A stretch of 64,000 nucleotides of DNA from Patescibacteria group bacterium (GTDB lineage Bacteria; Patescibacteriota; Microgenomatia; UBA12405). The translations under genes and the position numbers were made by a program. Positions 52,726 to 61,752 of the stretch are shown here, piece by piece. The notes under the pieces are model-generated. The model searched no databases. It was not told the DNA's origin and saw only the letters and a program-made list of their open reading frames with translations. The stretch spans positions 9,341-73,340 of the forward strand of contig JAMCSD010000003.1 of the NCBI GenBank assembly GCA_023380755.1, in the 5' to 3' direction. Position 1 is the first letter of the stretch, and each line of letters begins with the position of its first letter.

Positions 52726-53859
52726 CTATTTTTGCCGCCATGCTAAATAGACGCTACCGATACCAAACCAGGTCAGCAGAAAGGAAACAAACCAACCGAC
52801 AACGGGTATTTGACGAACGACCGTTAAAATTAATAAGCCGACGATAAAGGCAAAATAAAGAGAACCCTGGTTGACCAAGAGGCGGCCTAAATAGACCGCA
52901 GCTGAGAGATCGGCGATGAAGACAAAAAGGACCCACAAAGGAACAAAAGTTAATGCCAGGGGAATACCGATTAAACTGATAAGTAGGACGAAAAAGATTA
53001 AAAAGGCCAAGAGAGATATGATGACTCCCCATTTCAAGCTTTCGCCCAAACCATTACTCAGAATGGCAGATGATTTTTCAAAAAAGCCCGGGAAGAGCAA
53101 AACAAAAAGACTTCCCATAATTAGGCTAATAATAAAGATAAATGCCCGAAAAACAGTGCGCATCACTAAAAAAGCGTCCCTAACCTGGACCGAACTGGGA
53201 GTGGAGACAGTCGGCAGGTCATAATTGATTTGATGAAATTCAGTTTTGCCTTTGACGACCGGAGGGAAAATGAGGCTTTGCTTACTTTGGTATGTGAGAT
53301 CGCCCAAGATGGAAGCAGTAGTGGCTAGGGCAATGGTATTGCCGGTGAGGTTGGCACTGCCATTAACTTGGCCGTTAAGATGGATGGTTTGCGCCCAGGC
53401 TTGAAGATTTTTGCCAACAGTACCCGAATCAGTCAGGGTCTCGGCTCCAGCCAATAATTCACCACTAATCGAGGCTGTGGGGGCAAAAGTAATCAATTGA
53501 CCAAAAAGAGTAGAATTCTTGGTCACCTTACCGGAAACGTTCACGGTCTGGCCGGCCAAACGTAGGTTACCACCGGTAAGATTGTTGATATTAATATTTT
53601 GACCGGCACAAATGATATCGCCAGTTACCGGACCGGTGACGGTAACGTTTTTACCGGCACAAATCAGATCCCCATCAACCTTACCCTGGATGTTAACATC
53701 GTTACCGGAAACTACTAAGGATTCGTTAACTACTGATTTTGAATCGAGACGATATGAGTCTTGGGATTTGAACTGAAAAGCGGCTGCCGGAGCGGGAAGC
53801 AGTAACCACCCCGAGAACATAATCAGGCTCAGGAGCACTAATTTGGTCGTGTTTTTCAT
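52726..53859 (-). CDS. membrane protein with extracytoplasmic beta-helix (bactofilin-like) repeats
   Basis: A signal peptide appears if the start is MKNTTKLVLLSLIMFSGWLLLPAPAAA (ATG at 53859). About 8 tandem repeats of G-(D/N)-(L/I)-x-x-A-G-x-x-V-x-(V/I)-x-G type follow (VSGNDVNIQGKVDGDLICAGKNVTVTGPVTGDIICAGQNININ...). The protein ends with 4-5 C-terminal TM helices. Confidence 0.55.
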   Translation of the reverse strand: MKNTTKLVLLSLIMFSGWLLLPAPAAAFQFKSQDSYRLDSKSVVNESLVVSGNDVNIQGKVDGDLICAGKNVTVTGPVTGDIICAGQNININNLTGGNLRLAGQTVNVSGKVTKNSTLFGQLITFAPTASISGELLAGAETLTDSGTVGKNLQAWAQTIHLNGQVNGSANLTGNTIALATTASILGDLTYQSKQSLIFPPVVKGKTEFHQINYDLPTVSTPSSVQVRDAFLVMRTVFRAFIFIISLIMGSLFVLLFPGFFEKSSAILSNGLGESLKWGVIISLLAFLIFFVLLISLIGIPLALTFVPLWVLFVFIADLSAAVYLGRLLVNQGSLYFAFIVGLLILTVVRQIPVVGWFVSFLLTWFGIGSVYLAWRQK

Positions 53860-53899
53860 AAAATAATGATATATTATGTTCAGATAGATTACAAATACC

Positions 53900-54091
53900 A
53901 TGTCACAACCAAGAACCATACCTATCGACCAGTTTGCTGAGTCAATCCATCTAAATGCGGAACAAACAAAGGCCGTCAAGGAGTATATCGTCAACCTGCT
54001 CCTGGATAACCTGCGTCAGATGAAAGAAGAGTATAACCAGGAAATTGATACGGCCATTAAGAATCTTTCGGGTTATCCCGAACAATCATAA
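53900..54091 (+). CDS. hypothetical small helical protein
   Basis: 63-aa ORF with protein-like composition (MSQPRTIPIDQFAESIHLNAEQTKAVKEYIVNLLLDNLRQMKEEY...). TAGATT lies 9 nt upstream of the ATG. It overlaps the convergent peptidase-like ORF by 35 nt. Confidence 0.35.
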   Translation: MSQPRTIPIDQFAESIHLNAEQTKAVKEYIVNLLLDNLRQMKEEYNQEIDTAIKNLSGYPEQS

Positions 54092-54710
54092 AGCAGCCAG
54101 AATAGACGTAAGGGAGAAGGACTTTGGTGGCACTGTTGATCCACAGGCCAGAGGTAACCGACATACATGATTTGTGGAAACCAGTGGCAGTCAGCAAATA
54201 AGAACCATAGGTCCGATAATTATCGCGATAATCAGAATCAATGACCAATAAACCGGTATCATCGGCTTGGGGTACAGTGACCCAGTGTTCGCCAAACCCC
54301 TCACCATCATAAAATTTAATCATAGTGGTTAAGGCGACGGAATGTTCATCAAGGTGTCGGGAGAGTTCCGAGGCATGATTGAGGTAGACGAGACTGGTGG
54401 TACAACCATAAACAGCTAGAACCTTTTCAATCGTATGGTCATCACCGCCTTCCTTGGGATTGGCACCATATTTGACCGCTAAGTCAGAGATTTCTTGGAG
54501 GGTAACTTGTTTCCCTAATGCTAAAAGGGCATGAAAGGCAGCAAAGGCGGAACAGCCCCAACCGGAAAGGTATTGAGTCACCGACTCGGGAGCGGTAGCC
54601 TGAGGTAAGTTATAAGGCAGAAAATGGACGTCCTGACCTTCCGTTAAGGCCCGGTTAGAAAAATTGAGCCAGAGATGGAGCCCGTTGCGGGGTAAGGTAA
54701 TTTTGCTCAT
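54057..54710 (-). CDS. papain-fold (C39/BtrH-like) cysteine peptidase candidate, no signal peptide
   Basis: Q....GWGCSAFAAFHAL (Gln plus catalytic Cys helix) and FGEHWVTVPQADDTGLLVIDSD (His...Asp) are present. I moved the start to MSKITLPRNG (ATG at 54710). The 80-codon track extension lies antisense to the well-supported tRNA-binding protein gene. Confidence 0.45.
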   Translation of the reverse strand: MSKITLPRNGLHLWLNFSNRALTEGQDVHFLPYNLPQATAPESVTQYLSGWGCSAFAAFHALLALGKQVTLQEISDLAVKYGANPKEGGDDHTIEKVLAVYGCTTSLVYLNHASELSRHLDEHSVALTTMIKFYDGEGFGEHWVTVPQADDTGLLVIDSDYRDNYRTYGSYLLTATGFHKSCMSVTSGLWINSATKVLLPYVYSGCFMIVRDNPKDS

Positions 54711-54723
54711 GTTAGAATAGCAA

Positions 54724-55053
54724 ATGGAACCTGTAACATACGAGGAATTCGCCAAAATAGAATTCCTGGTAGGTGAAATTATTGAAAGTGTTAATGTCGA
54801 ATGGTCCGAAAAACTCATTCGAATGAGGGTCGACTTTGGACCCCTAGGGGTAAAAACAGTCATTTCCGGGATCCGGGCCTGGTATTCAGCGGAGGCCTTG
54901 CTCGGCAAGAAAACTGTTTTTGTTGTCAATATTATACCAAAAAGGATCAAAGATGAGCTTTCTGAAGCAATGCTATTTGGAGCTCAGGACGAGACGATCA
55001 TGAGTCTTCTTTTGCTTGATCATGAGGTTAAAAATGGCAGTAAAGTCTTCTAA
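54724..55053 (+). CDS. stand-alone tRNA-binding domain protein (CsaA/Trbp111-like)
   Basis: FAKIEFLVGEIIESVNVEWSEKLIRMRVDFG...VISGIRAWYSAEALLGKKTVFVVNIIPKRI is the tRNA_bind OB-fold pattern. TAGAAT (54713-54718) lies 5 nt upstream of the ATG. Confidence 0.75.
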   Translation: MEPVTYEEFAKIEFLVGEIIESVNVEWSEKLIRMRVDFGPLGVKTVISGIRAWYSAEALLGKKTVFVVNIIPKRIKDELSEAMLFGAQDETIMSLLLLDHEVKNGSKVF

Positions 55054-55077
55054 ATTGTTGTATGATGGGTTAAGAAT

Positions 55078-56943
55078 ATGACAGAAACCAGCTTATCAGC
55101 CGCTATCAAGCGTTTTATTGAGACTACTCTCGGAGAATCTGCGGTAATTTTAGAACACCCGGCAGAAGGTGTGTTTGGGGATTATTCCACTAATATTGCG
55201 ATGACGAGGGCTAAGGCGGAAAAGAAGAATCCCCGGGAGATAGCCTCCCAGCTGGTCGAAAAGATGTGCCAGGCTTTGAAAGTCAACGAGATGATTGAAA
55301 AAATCGAGGTGGCCGGCCCGGGTTTCATCAATTTTTATCTTCAACCGGAATTCCTGATAAAAGAAGCGGAGGCTATTCTCGATAACCAGCTTTATGACCG
55401 TAGGTTAGCTAATTATCAAAAAGGTAAACGATATTTATTGGAGCACACTTCCCCGGAACCGACCAAAACACTGCATATCGGCCATTTCCGCAATAATTTC
55501 TTGGGAATGTCAGTCAGCTTCATTTTAGCCAAATTGGGAGCGGGCGTCACCCTGGACTGCATCAACAACGACCGGGGGATGAAAATCTGCAAGACCATGT
55601 GGGGCTACCTTTATTTCGGCCATAAAACAGTTATCGAAAAGCTAGGCGTCAAAGATTATATTAATAAGGTTAAGAATTACCACTTAAGCGACGAAGAGTT
55701 GTTAGCGATTGCCAAAGATAGCCGATGGACAGAAAAATTGGCCTACTGGTACGGCCATCAGGATGAGTGGTACCGGCCGACTGACTTTTCTTTAACGAGT
55801 GACAAGTTTGATAATGTCCTTTATTCCCCGGCGTCAAGAGCCGCGGAATTACAGCCAGAGATTAACGAGCAGGTTCAGTCAATATTAAAAGCCTGGGAAG
55901 GAGAGGACGACCAGATCCGCGCGTTATGGCGCTTAATCATCCAATGGTCGATGGAAGGCTATGCCAAAACTTACCAGCGGATCGAGTCCCACCATGACAA
56001 AGTTTGGAATGAAAGTGACTTTTACAAAGAAGGCAAGGCGTGGGTAGTGAAGGGCTTGGATACCGGGGTGTTTAAAAAATTGCCCGATGGGGCGGTATTG
56101 ACTAACTTAGAGTCCTACCATTTACCGGACACGATTGTGATTAAAAGTAATGGGACATCGATGTATTTAACCCAGGACCTGCAACTGACCAGCCTTAAAG
56201 TGTCGACTTTCCCGGCCGATAAGTACGTGTGGGTAGTGGGCAATGACCAACAGCTATACCTCAAGCAAATGTTTTCGGTCTGCGAACAACTGGGAATAGT
56301 CGATAAAGAAAAATTATTTCACCTAAATTACGGTTTTATTAATCTTAAAGACGGCAAAATGAGTTCGCGGTACGGCGGGGTAATTAATGGCGACGACCTG
56401 TTAGATGAACTAAAGCAGCGGTCAGCTAAAATTATCGAAACCGGAGAAAAAAGTAAGACTAAAGCGAATATTGAGGAGGTAGCGGAAAAGGTGGCGGTAG
56501 CCGCCTGTAAATTTGGATTCTTAAGATATGACCGGGAAAAAGATATTACCTTTGATATTGACGAATCGCTATCACTACAAGGTGATTCGGGGCCGTATGT
56601 CCAGTATACCTACGCCCGGTGCGAAAGTGTTATTAAAAAGAGCCAGTTAAAAGACGGCAGCCGTCCCCGGCTCCCGGACCAGATCAGCCCGGAGGAAAGC
56701 CAGTTATTGCGGCTTTTTTATCTTTTCGAGGAAAAAATCGTCCAAGCCGGAGAAACGTATAACCCGGCGGTAATTTCCGGTTATTTGCTGGAAGTAGCCC
56801 GGACTTTTAACGAGTTTTATGCCAAACAAAAGATTATCGGCTCGCCGCAGGAAGCATTCCGGCTGTTTCTGACTCGGACAAGTGCGGCGATTTTGAAGAC
56901 GGGATTAGAGCTTCTGGGAATAACCACTCTTGAGGAGATGTAA
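55078..56943 (+). CDS. argS: arginyl-tRNA synthetase
   Basis: Add-1 N-terminal domain, HIGH motif (SPEPTKTLHIGHFRNNFLG), the MSSR-type loop (GKMSSRYGG) and the DALR anticodon-binding C-terminus ending in ...EEM are present. Confidence 0.9.
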   Translation: MTETSLSAAIKRFIETTLGESAVILEHPAEGVFGDYSTNIAMTRAKAEKKNPREIASQLVEKMCQALKVNEMIEKIEVAGPGFINFYLQPEFLIKEAEAILDNQLYDRRLANYQKGKRYLLEHTSPEPTKTLHIGHFRNNFLGMSVSFILAKLGAGVTLDCINNDRGMKICKTMWGYLYFGHKTVIEKLGVKDYINKVKNYHLSDEELLAIAKDSRWTEKLAYWYGHQDEWYRPTDFSLTSDKFDNVLYSPASRAAELQPEINEQVQSILKAWEGEDDQIRALWRLIIQWSMEGYAKTYQRIESHHDKVWNESDFYKEGKAWVVKGLDTGVFKKLPDGAVLTNLESYHLPDTIVIKSNGTSMYLTQDLQLTSLKVSTFPADKYVWVVGNDQQLYLKQMFSVCEQLGIVDKEKLFHLNYGFINLKDGKMSSRYGGVINGDDLLDELKQRSAKIIETGEKSKTKANIEEVAEKVAVAACKFGFLRYDREKDITFDIDESLSLQGDSGPYVQYTYARCESVIKKSQLKDGSRPRLPDQISPEESQLLRLFYLFEEKIVQAGETYNPAVISGYLLEVARTFNEFYAKQKIIGSPQEAFRLFLTRTSAAILKTGLELLGITTLEEM

Positions 56944-56944
56944 C

Positions 56945-59380
56945 TTAGACACCGATTAGGGGTGTTGGTTCTGACTTTGGAGGCCGATGCCGGGAAACAT
57001 GGGAGGTAGCTTTTAATTGCCCAAAAATGATCTGGTAAATCTGGTCATAAGTTTCAACCGGGATGAATTTGATATCATCCTTTACCTCTTGGGGAACATC
57101 GACTAAATTCTTTTTGTTATCAGCCGGAATAATAATGGTTTGCAGGCCAGCGCGGTGACCGGCAATGGATTTTTCTTTTAGACCGCCAATTTCGAGGATG
57201 TTGCCGCGAAGGGTAATTTCGCCGGTCATTCCAATATCGCGAGGCACCGGCTTGCCGGTTAGGGCGGAAACTATAGCAGTGGTGATGGCGCTACCAGCCG
57301 AGGGCCCGTCTTTGGGGGTGGCACCTTCGGGAACATGGATGTGAATATCAATCTTATGAAAGTCCTGTCTGATGCCAAACTCCCTGGCTCGGCTGCGGAC
57401 ATAAGATACGGCGGCTTGGCAGGATTCTTTCATGACGGAACCCAGTTTGCCGGTGAGAATCAGAGTGCCTTTACCATCCATGACGTTGACTTCGATAAAG
57501 AGGATTTCGCCGCCAACGCTCGTCCAGGCCAGACCGGTAGAAACGCCGACTTCGTTCTTTTTGCCCTTAAGTTGGGGTGTAAATTTGATCGGGCCGAGTA
57601 AGCGCTCGATAGTTTCCTGGCGATTAAGGTCGAATTTCGACAGTTTCTTGATTAAGATTTCTTTGGCTGCTTTGCGGAAAAGTGAAGCAAAGATGCGCTC
57701 CAGGGAACGGACACCAGCTTCCCGGGTGTAATTTTGAATAATCGACCGAATAGCGTCATCTTTAAGCGGCACAATCTGGGAACTACTCAGACCATTGGCT
57801 TTGAGCTGTTTATCGATAAGGTATTTTTTGGCGATATGGAATTTTTCATCAGCGGTATAACCCGAGAAGTTAATGATTTCTACCCGATCTCGAAGCGGTC
57901 CAGGGATATTATTCACATCGTTACCGGTCAATATGAAGAATACTTTGGACAAATCCAGCGGAAAGTCGAGATAATGATCGACGAAATCCTTATTTTGCTC
58001 CGGGTCCAAAGTTTCCAATAGGGCCGCGGCGGGATCACCCCGGTAATCAGCGCCAATCTTGTCAATTTCATCGAGCATGAAAACGGGATTCATGGTTTTG
58101 GCGTCTTTGATACCTTTAACAATCCGGCCGGGCATAGCCCCCACATAAGTCCGCCGATGACCCCGGATTTCGGCCTCATCCCGAATACCACCTAAGGAAG
58201 CGCGGATAAATTCCCGGCCCAAAGCCTTGGCGATAGACTTGCCCAATGAAGTCTTGCCCACTCCGGGAGGGCCGATAAAACACAAAATATTGGTAGTATG
58301 AGTGTTGCTTTTTAGTTTTGACTTGAGATTTAAGACAGCTAAATGTTCCAAAATCCGGTCTTTAACTTCCTTCAGGCCATAATGATCCTGTTCGAGAATA
58401 TTTTCCGCCTTACTGATATCCAAATTGTCCTTATTAAATTTACCCCAGGGAAGCTCGACCACAGTATCGAGATAGGTGCGGATATAGCTGGATTCCGGTG
58501 CCATCGAGCCCATTTCGGACAGCCGATGGAACTCTTTCATCATTTTCTTTTTGATTTCCAGGGGCATGGCGGCTTTCTTGATCTTGCGCTCCAATTCGTC
58601 AAGGTCGGAATCTTCGGAACTACCAAGGCGTTTAAGCTCTTTTTCAATTTGGCGCTTACGCTCTTCCAAGACATTTTTCTTGATACCGGTATTAAATTTT
58701 GCCTGAGTTTTTTCTTCAATATCTTTTTCCAGCTCAGCAACCTTCATCTCCCGGAGCAGGAGCTCGGTGGCCAGACGCAAACGCTGGCTGACCAGGAGCA
58801 TTTCTAATAAATTCTGTTTTTCGTTCATTTTGGCATCGACGGAAAAAGCCACCTGATCGGCTAAATCGCTGCTACTGATCCCGGTAGACAAGTGCATCAT
58901 GGCCGGTAAGTCAAACTGACGACCCATAGCAAAGGCTTTTTTGAGCTGACTTAACAGGGCCTCGGCTGACTGTTGGATTTCGGAGGCGGGCTCGGCAATA
59001 ATCGGCAAATCGACAAATTCGGCCTTAATATAGGGTTCCGATTGGGTCAGATTAATGATGTTTACGCGAGAAATACCATGGACTATAGCGTGAATGTTGC
59101 CATCGGTCTGAAGAATGTGCTCAATCCGGGCCAGAACACCAACAGTATAGAGGTCTTTCATTTCCGGGCGTTCGATCTTGGGATTTTTTTGGGCAGTGAT
59201 AATTACCAAGTGATTAAAGTTGTCATAAGCATCCATCAGCGCCCGGGTTGATTCTTTACGGCCGAAAAATAATGAAGTATCGACCGAAGGAAAAAGAATG
59301 AGATTTCTTAGCGGAATTAAAGGCAGTATTTTTTTAATTGGTTCGAGAGTTTTAATTTCATTATTGGAGATAGGAGTCAT
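56945..59380 (-). CDS. lon: ATP-dependent Lon protease
   Basis: LON N-domain (LPLIPLRNLILFPS), Walker A GPPGVGKTS and catalytic Ser (KDGPSAGSAITTAIVSAL) are present. I chose the ATG at 59380 (MTPISNNE) as the start, because TGC-TAGACT (complement of 59388-59396) lies 7 nt upstream. Confidence 0.9.
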   Translation of the reverse strand: MTPISNNEIKTLEPIKKILPLIPLRNLILFPSVDTSLFFGRKESTRALMDAYDNFNHLVIITAQKNPKIERPEMKDLYTVGVLARIEHILQTDGNIHAIVHGISRVNIINLTQSEPYIKAEFVDLPIIAEPASEIQQSAEALLSQLKKAFAMGRQFDLPAMMHLSTGISSSDLADQVAFSVDAKMNEKQNLLEMLLVSQRLRLATELLLREMKVAELEKDIEEKTQAKFNTGIKKNVLEERKRQIEKELKRLGSSEDSDLDELERKIKKAAMPLEIKKKMMKEFHRLSEMGSMAPESSYIRTYLDTVVELPWGKFNKDNLDISKAENILEQDHYGLKEVKDRILEHLAVLNLKSKLKSNTHTTNILCFIGPPGVGKTSLGKSIAKALGREFIRASLGGIRDEAEIRGHRRTYVGAMPGRIVKGIKDAKTMNPVFMLDEIDKIGADYRGDPAAALLETLDPEQNKDFVDHYLDFPLDLSKVFFILTGNDVNNIPGPLRDRVEIINFSGYTADEKFHIAKKYLIDKQLKANGLSSSQIVPLKDDAIRSIIQNYTREAGVRSLERIFASLFRKAAKEILIKKLSKFDLNRQETIERLLGPIKFTPQLKGKKNEVGVSTGLAWTSVGGEILFIEVNVMDGKGTLILTGKLGSVMKESCQAAVSYVRSRAREFGIRQDFHKIDIHIHVPEGATPKDGPSAGSAITTAIVSALTGKPVPRDIGMTGEITLRGNILEIGGLKEKSIAGHRAGLQTIIIPADNKKNLVDVPQEVKDDIKFIPVETYDQIYQIIFGQLKATSHVSRHRPPKSEPTPLIGV

Positions 59381-59387
59381 AATTAGC

Positions 59388-59437
59388 AGTCTAGCAAAAT
59401 GATTGCTAACTGTCAAACGGAAAATGTGGGGTATACT
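59388..59437. promoter_or_regulatory. back-to-back leaderless-type promoters for lon and era in a 63-nt spacer
   Basis: The minus strand carries TGC-TAGACT plus 7 nt before the lon ATG. The plus strand carries TATACT (59432-59437) plus 6 nt before the era ATG at 59444. Confidence 0.5.
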
Positions 59438-59443
59438 ATGTGT

Positions 59444-60337
59444 ATGAAATATGGGCGAGTAGTAATAATTGGGCGACCAAACACGGGAAAATCAACATTG
59501 ATTAACGGACTTCTGAAACAAAAGGTGGCGATTACATCGCATTTACCACAGACTACCAGAAAAAATATCCGAGTGGTGTACAGTGATGAGGCCGGAAAAT
59601 TGATATTGTCTGATACGCCGGGAGTATTAGGTAAGGTGGAAGATTTATTGGGGAAAAAGGTTAATCTGGAAACACCGAAGGAAATGGGTCGGGCCGATGT
59701 GGTGATTATGGTAGTGGATATTAGCCGCCCCAAGAATGAGGAGGAAAACAAAGTAATCGGTTTAGTCCGCAAATCACCGGCCAAGAAGATACTGGTGTAT
59801 AACAAAGTTGATTTAGCAGTTGGCCCAAAGAATCATTTACCCGATTACAATTACCTAGAGGATGAATTTGACCGGACGGTGGCGGTTTCGGCTTTAAAGA
59901 CAACTCATTTAAAATCGTTGGTGGCGGCTATATTCGAGCTGCTCCCGGAAGGAGACCCGAATAATTTAGCACCGGAAGTGGCGGCCTTGGAAGATACCAG
60001 CAAGCCGGTAATTTCTATGCCTTCGAGTGAATTTATTGCCGAAATAATCAGGGAAAAAGCTTATCTATTTTTACGGGATGAAATCCCCTACTCGATTAAT
60101 GTGCGGGTGGAAAGTGTTGAAGATAAAGGCAAGATTATTGTGGTCAAAGCGATAATCGAAACATCGGCAGAACGTTATAAAAAAATAATTATTGGTAAAA
60201 ATGGTCAAAAAATAAAGGAAATCGGTTATAATGCCCGAAAAGAATTACAGGTAATGTCGGGAAGGAAGGTGTATTTGGAGCTAAACGTCGTCACTAATAC
60301 CCACTGGCAGGAGTTGCTAACTTCGACTGAGTTATAG
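59444..60337 (+). CDS. era: GTPase Era
   Basis: G1 GRPNTGKST, G3 DTPG, G4 NKVD and a C-terminal KH domain (IIGKNGQKIKEIG) are present. I chose MKYGRVVIIG (ATG at 59444) as the start on promoter geometry. The track start at 59399 adds 15 residues that overlap the lon promoter. Confidence 0.85.
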   Translation: MKYGRVVIIGRPNTGKSTLINGLLKQKVAITSHLPQTTRKNIRVVYSDEAGKLILSDTPGVLGKVEDLLGKKVNLETPKEMGRADVVIMVVDISRPKNEEENKVIGLVRKSPAKKILVYNKVDLAVGPKNHLPDYNYLEDEFDRTVAVSALKTTHLKSLVAAIFELLPEGDPNNLAPEVAALEDTSKPVISMPSSEFIAEIIREKAYLFLRDEIPYSINVRVESVEDKGKIIVVKAIIETSAERYKKIIIGKNGQKIKEIGYNARKELQVMSGRKVYLELNVVTNTHWQELLTSTEL

Positions 60338-60352
60338 TAAATTACATTATTC

Positions 60353-61039
60353 ATGCTCAAACTTAAAAATATTAATAAGTCGTTTGGTCAGACGCAGGTT
60401 CTTTTTGATGTTGATTTGGAAATAAAAAATAAAAAGGTAGTGGCATTGTTAGGGCCAAATGGCGCCGGGAAGACCACCGTCATGAGAATTATTACCGGCT
60501 TTTTAACACCGAATTCGGGTGAGGTACAATGGGATCAGGAAACGGTAAATACGGCTGATGTGGAATATAAAAAGCAGATTGGTTATTTGCCGGAAAACAA
60601 TCCTTTATACGGATGGATGACGGTTGGTGAATATTTAAAATTCATCAGTAATTTAAAGAGCGGATATGCCCGGGGTGACGAAATCCTAAAGGTAGCCTCG
60701 GAATGCGGCATTGAAGACGTGGTTGGCAAAAAGATTGAGATTTTGTCCAAGGGGTATAAGCAACGGGTGGGGCTGGCGGCGGCGTTATTGGGTGATCCAA
60801 AATTATTGGTCCTGGACGAACCTACCTCAGGATTAGATCCCAATCAGATTCTGGAAATTAGGGCCTTAATCAAGAAATTAGCCAAAGAAAAAAGTGTGAT
60901 TTTATCGACCCATATTTTACCGGAAGCGAAAGCGATTTGTGATGATATTATTATTATCAATCGCGGCCAAATCGTGTTAAACGAAATTAGTACTAAGGTT
61001 AAAAATTTGGAAAAGAAATTCGTCGACCTAACGACATGA
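60353..61039 (+). CDS. ABC transporter ATP-binding protein (GldA-like, ABC-2 subfamily)
   Basis: Walker A GPNGAGKTT, signature SKGYKQRV and Walker B LLVLDEPTSGLD are present. Confidence 0.85.
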   Translation: MLKLKNINKSFGQTQVLFDVDLEIKNKKVVALLGPNGAGKTTVMRIITGFLTPNSGEVQWDQETVNTADVEYKKQIGYLPENNPLYGWMTVGEYLKFISNLKSGYARGDEILKVASECGIEDVVGKKIEILSKGYKQRVGLAAALLGDPKLLVLDEPTSGLDPNQILEIRALIKKLAKEKSVILSTHILPEAKAICDDIIIINRGQIVLNEISTKVKNLEKKFVDLTT

Positions 61040-61749
61040 AAACCATATTAACAATTGCCAGAAAAGAGGTCCTGGGTTATTTTAGCAGTCCGGTGGGTTA
61101 TGTATTTGCCGGTTTAATGTTACTGGTGGCCAACTGGTTATTTTTCCAAGATTTTTTTGTGGCCAACCAGGCAAACCTAGCGCCATTGTGGAATAGTTTG
61201 GGATTCCTGTTGTCTTTGTTTGTTCCGGCATTATCGATGAATGCTTTGTCGGAAGAAAAAAAGAATGGTAATTGGGAAGTGATTCTAAGTTTACCTGTGA
61301 GTGAGACACAGATGGTTTTGGGGAAGTTCTTGGGATTATTATTTTGCGTGGGAGTGAGCTTATTGCTTTTTTTGCCAACAGTGGGAGTGGTTTTTTACTT
61401 AGGAAAACCCGACACGGGAGTCATGGCCGGCGGGGCGCTGGGAGTACTATTTATGGCGGTGACTTATTTAGCGATCGGTATTTTTGCTTCGGCTTTGAGC
61501 AACCAGGCAGTGGTGGGGTTTATGGTGGCGATGATTTTCTTGCTGGTGAACAGCTTTATGGGCCAGGACAGTATTTTGAGCCGGTTTCCACCACTCGTTT
61601 CGAGTGTTATCGGGTATTTGAGTATTTCCTGGCATGCCAACCGGTTTGCTGACGGACTCGTCCAAGGCAGCGATGTGGTTTTCTTTGTTAGCTTTTGTGC
61701 GATATTTTTAATCTTAACGGTTATGTGGCTGAAAGCCCGTAATAAATAA
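61036..61749 (+). CDS. ABC-2 type permease (GldF-like)
   Basis: 237 aa with 6 TM helices, and a 4-nt overlap with the ATPase gene. The N-terminus ARKEVLGYFSSPVGYVF is typical of ABC-2 permeases. Confidence 0.75.
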   Translation: MKTILTIARKEVLGYFSSPVGYVFAGLMLLVANWLFFQDFFVANQANLAPLWNSLGFLLSLFVPALSMNALSEEKKNGNWEVILSLPVSETQMVLGKFLGLLFCVGVSLLLFLPTVGVVFYLGKPDTGVMAGGALGVLFMAVTYLAIGIFASALSNQAVVGFMVAMIFLLVNSFMGQDSILSRFPPLVSSVIGYLSISWHANRFADGLVQGSDVVFFVSFCAIFLILTVMWLKARNK

Positions 61750-61752
61750 TTT

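Noticed and set aside
54711-54950. 80-codon N-terminal extension of the peptidase-like ORF
   Set aside because: It lies antisense to the confident csaA-like gene and has junk-like composition. The internal ATG at 54710 precedes all the recognisable motifs.
58343-58807. Long nested or antisense ORFs inside confident genes. Examples: 58343-58807 in lon, 61464-61919 in the ABC permease, 40186-40566 and 40563-40970 in uvrB, 21616-22008 in typA, 59413-59805 in era, 16158-16529 in the LCP gene, 48708-49070 in ssb and 27795-28130 in lysS.
   Set aside because: All lie within genes that have strong family motifs. Their translations are low-complexity (F/L/S/R-rich), typical of antisense or off-frame reading of K/E-rich coding sequence, and none has promoter geometry. 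I see no evidence for overlapping genes.
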